From Blepharisma stoltei ATCC 30299 (taxonomy: Eukaryota > Protista > Ciliophora): a stretch of DNA of 64,000 nt. Positions 60,497 through 64,000 of the stretch are shown here, piece by piece. The notes under the pieces were generated by a model, which was not told the origin of the DNA, searched no databases, and worked only from the letters and a program-made list of their open reading frames with translations. How positions within the stretch are numbered: position 1 is the first letter of the stretch; every line of letters begins with the position of its first letter. Location of the stretch: the NCBI GenBank assembly GCA_965603825.1, contig CBFDEM010000020.1, forward strand, positions 496,001 to 560,000, read 5' to 3'. A program made the position numbers and the translations under genes.

Positions 60497-61945
60497 TTAC
60501 TGTCCTCCTATAGGGAAATTTGACTTCTTGATGGCGTCTTCATACTTTACAGCAATTTTCAGCTTTGTTATCAGTTGCTTGGCAGGCTCTAGAGAAGGCA
60601 CCTTGACGTCTTCTGGTTTCATTTGAGTAGCTGGCTTGCAGAGCTTTTCCACGATCCCCATGCCTTCAAATCTTTCCTTTTTGTCTTTTAATTCGTTTAG
60701 TGTTTGCCTAATCCCGCTGATTTGGTCAGATATCTCTGTTTGAAGCTTTTGTATTTCTTGGCCCTTAATAAGGTTTGTAACTTGCTCAATGCAAGCTTTG
60801 GTGCCATCTTTAATACCTTTAATCAACAATTTTTCAGCTTTTTTTAGTCCTTCAATATGTCTTTCCCCACACTGGTTTATTTCTAACAAGTTTGTATTTA
60901 AATCTTGCATCACAGCCAGTCATTTGTTTTGAATAGCTTGGAGCTCTTTTTCCTGCTCATTAATCAAAGCTTTTTTGCTATCAGCCACTTCAGAGGCTTT
61001 TGGATCCGTAAGCATAAAAGCATTATGGTCTTTATGCTCAAAAACGCATGCCCCACACAGCAGCATTTCATGGTCTTTACAATATCCTACAATTTCATGC
61101 TTATGTTTAGGGCAAGTTTCTTTCTGAACCATTTTATGAGCTTCAGCAATTTCTAGGATCGCATAATTTACAGGCAAACTTTCTATTTCATTAAAACTCA
61201 TAGTTCTGCATACTGGACACTTTAATATTGATGAATCTTCATACATATTTTGCAGGCAGATGATGCAAATTGTATGTCCACAGCTTGGCAATAGCAGCGG
61301 AGAATAGGGAGCTTGGTTAAAAATTTCAAAACAGACCGGGCAGGTTCCAATGTTTCTGCCTTGTTTTGAAGAAGGCCGAAGTGGGTAGACTTTTGGAGCT
61401 TCCTTTGGGCCTTTGGCAGCTTGAAAGCTGAAGACAGTTGCGTTGAGCTCTCTGCTTGGAAAGTGAATGTTTCGGTGGTTAGTTTGAAGGATCCTTAAAG
61501 CTTCGTTTCGAAAATAGTGCCTTTGAGGAAGGGCGGGCTGATTATGCCTCGGCATTGCTGCATAGTTAGTCCTGTTGAACTCTAGAAGATTGGCTGCAGG
61601 AGATGTATCTCTTGATTCTGATGGAATTGGTGGCAATTCAATATTATCACCTAGAGATGACAATGAACTGGAATTTGAATGGTTTGCCATGTAATGCATT
61701 GAAAATGGCAATTCTTCATCTGAGTTGGATAAATCGTGTGGCAGATTGTTAGCGATTGATTCGATCAAAGTAGATCTTCGTGAGTTTGTTTGGGATCGAT
61801 TGATTAAAGATTCATAAACTTCACAGCAATCCAAATGATGGTGCAATTCAGATCCCGTTAAGTCTTGTTCACAATAAGGGCAGTAGTCTCTATCACCTTG
61901 ATTTACTTTTAATTCTTCGAATGAAAATGTAATTGGCCGTTCCAT
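60497..61945 (-). CDS. RING / B-box / coiled-coil protein with N-terminal UBZ-like finger, 482 aa; 1 TGA-Trp
   Basis: CPYC..L..HLDCC; CPVC..CGHTICIIC..CPVC; CPKH..YCKDH..LCGAC..H..H; TGA 60920. Confidence 0.85.
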
Positions 61946-62506
61946 CTTTCTTAATATTAGTCAACTTGATGAGATTTTTTAATAAATAAAATGCATTGAT
62001 AGTCTCTTAATCAAAGACATAAATTAAATTTTATTTTTGCTTAAAATTATTCATTTTGGTAAAATCATTTCAATTAGTCTATTTTTGAAATTAAATAAGA
62101 ATGTTTATATCATTATAAGTTTAATAATTTGAGATCATTTTGATTTATTTTTTATATTTATTTGATAAGATATTGCATTCTATTCTAAATTATATGACTT
62201 GAGTATTTCATATAATCTACAAATATTAAATGGAAGCATAAATAAACTAAAGCCCTTCTATAATTATCAAAAAAAATATTGTAATTATTTGAATATCTTA
62301 GAACTATTTTAAATTATTTTCTTTTTAAAATTTTATTTATTTTTGAGGGGTTTTTAATTTTATTTTTTTGCTCTAAATAATTGATAAATTTTCATAAATT
62401 TTAATTTTCTTCAAATGTAACACAATTCAAACTGCATTTGGCGGTAAATGATAAACCAGAGTATATAAATAATATATGTCAGTGTGCCATTATAAAGAAA
62501 TATATA

Positions 62507-63544
62507 ATGGATATGATCGAAAGCCCTATAAAAAGAAGCTCAACACTGCCTGATCTCTATCCTGCAAAATTGAAGCATTCTCCAGCCTTAAAAGCTGTTT
62601 CAAAGCACATAAAGCTGCCCACAGAAAGGCCACTCAAACTGAAGCCTTTGAATAGCCTTATTATTAGTAAGCCAACAAAACCAGTATTATCAGTTTCAAA
62701 CAAGGCCACTTGGGACCTTCGCGCATCATATTCAATGGGAGACCTAAAGCTTGGAAAATGCTTGGGGAGAGGAACCCAAGGAAGAGTAGTCTTAGCTACT
62801 ATAAAAGACAAGGAGTGCGCTGTAAAAATAATGCACAAGGCCGAAAAGAAGGCAGGCGAGCTCGAATGAAATATCCTTAGCTCAAGCAAATCCCCATTTC
62901 TTATAAGCAGCTATGGAAAAATAAATGATAAAGATCACATGTATCTTATTTTGGAATTAATGGAAGGTGGTGATTTGTTCCATCTTATCAGAAAAAGAAA
63001 ATTAAATCCCACAGAAATTTCGTTTATTTGTGCAGAAATAGTTTTGGCCCTTGAGCATCTCCATAGCTTAGGGGTAGTTTATAGAGACTTAAAACCCGAA
63101 AATGTAATGATTGACTCATCTGGACACATTAAGTTAGTAGATTTTGGCTTGTCAAAAGTTATTGGAGATGAGCGAGCATGTACAACTTGTGGATCTCCAG
63201 AATACATGGCTCCTGAGGTTATAAGGAAGCAAGCTTATTCCTATAGTGCGGATTGGTGAAGTTTCGGAATCCTCGTGTATGAGCTATTTCATGGATATAC
63301 ACCATTTAAAGGAGAAACGAGTGCTGAAACTTATGAAAACATTTTGGAAGGTGAAATCAGCTTTTCCAGAGTTGATATTGTAGCTGAAAATTTCATTAGG
63401 AGTTTATTAAACCCGGATCCTAAATTAAGACTTGGTCACTCGGAAAGTGATATTTTTAGAATAAAGCGTCACAGTTTTTTCAGAAAAATTGACTGGGCTG
63501 CTACACAAGAGAAATCGCAGTCTTTATTGAATAAGAATCATTAA
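62507..63544 (+). CDS. AGC-group (PKA/PKG-like) serine/threonine kinase, 345 aa; 2 TGA-Trp
   Basis: GRGTQGRV, AVKIM, YRDLKPEN, DFG, TTCGSPEYMAPE, ADW[W]SFG, RLG, HSFF..IDW; TGAs 62867, 63257. Confidence 0.92.
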
Positions 63545-63715
63545 ATGATTCAATAAGTACACTAAAATAAACAATAAAATATATTAATTTCATTTTCAGC
63601 TAATGACAATAATCTAGTTTTTAACATAAAATTTCTACTTTCAGCCTTTTTTTAAGCACAATCTTAATTCTGCAATAGGTTAAATTAGATGTGTCATTAA
63701 ATTTAGAGTCTCCTA

Positions 63716-64000
63716 CTATAATACACTAAAAAGAGGCGATTTATCTTCTGTCATGTCCTGCCTAAAAGCTTCTAACTCTTCTTCTATTTCATCGACACTC
63801 AAAATTTCGCTTTCAGATTCTGATGCTGCAACTTGTCTTTTCCCGGGTAACTCCAGCAGTGAGTCAACCATTTCATCATAATCCTTTATGCTTTTTCTCT
63901 TTTTGGTACTGCAGATAAGACTATTGTATTTAGCGTTTGCTTCCTTAATGCTAGCAGTTGCCGAGCAGTCTGTGATCAAAAGCCAATTATTGAAGCTGAG
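63716..64000 (-). CDS. 3' end of a hypothetical protein; 5' part lies beyond the window
   Basis: Frame open to the window edge; acidic tail ending in TAG TAG. Confidence 0.55.
   Translation of the reverse strand, partial: LSFNNWLLITDCSATASIKEANAKYNSLICSTKKRKSIKDYDEMVDSLLELPGKRQVAASESESEILSVDEIEEELEAFRQDMTEDKSPLFSVL

Noticed and set aside
63710-63724. GTATTATAGTAGGAG as a terminal intron
   Set aside because: Lacks A10; tandem TAG TAG is a simpler gene end.

Overview
Gene-dense, AT-rich eukaryotic DNA that looks like the macronuclear genome of a heterotrich ciliate, most likely Blepharisma. The supplied standard-code ORF track is misleading for two reasons. (1) TGA is read as tryptophan: about 52 in-frame TGAs in about 23 genes, many at invariant Trp positions, while every confidently placed gene end is TAA or TAG. 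(2) Genes carry tiny spliceosomal introns: 20 of 15 nt and 1 of 16 nt, all GTA...AG with A at position 10. Re-read this way, the window holds about 43 protein genes. Recognisable ones include CCP/AGBL, RPL3, CFAP20, TRIM37, fumarase, DOP1, PRP4 kinase, a kinesin, TMEM216, Beclin/ATG6, PP2C, a YY1-like zinc finger, RanGAP-like, MCM9, PCNA, an AP endonuclease, Myb, SPCS1, a GRIP golgin, RPL32 and an AGC kinase. There are also tRNA-Phe(GAA), tRNA-Arg(TCT) and a compact box C/D snoRNA. Notable oddities: an otherwise intact PCNA with no start codon or first ~12 codons; a hidden ankyrin mini-gene with one 99-nt exon per repeat; a stop-free 15-nt intron in the PRP4 kinase catalytic loop; an MCM9 with degenerate Walker B and sensor-1; a bacterial-like secreted protein; and avoidance of UGA-Trp in highly expressed genes. 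All assignments come from manual reading and recalled family motifs; no database search was run.
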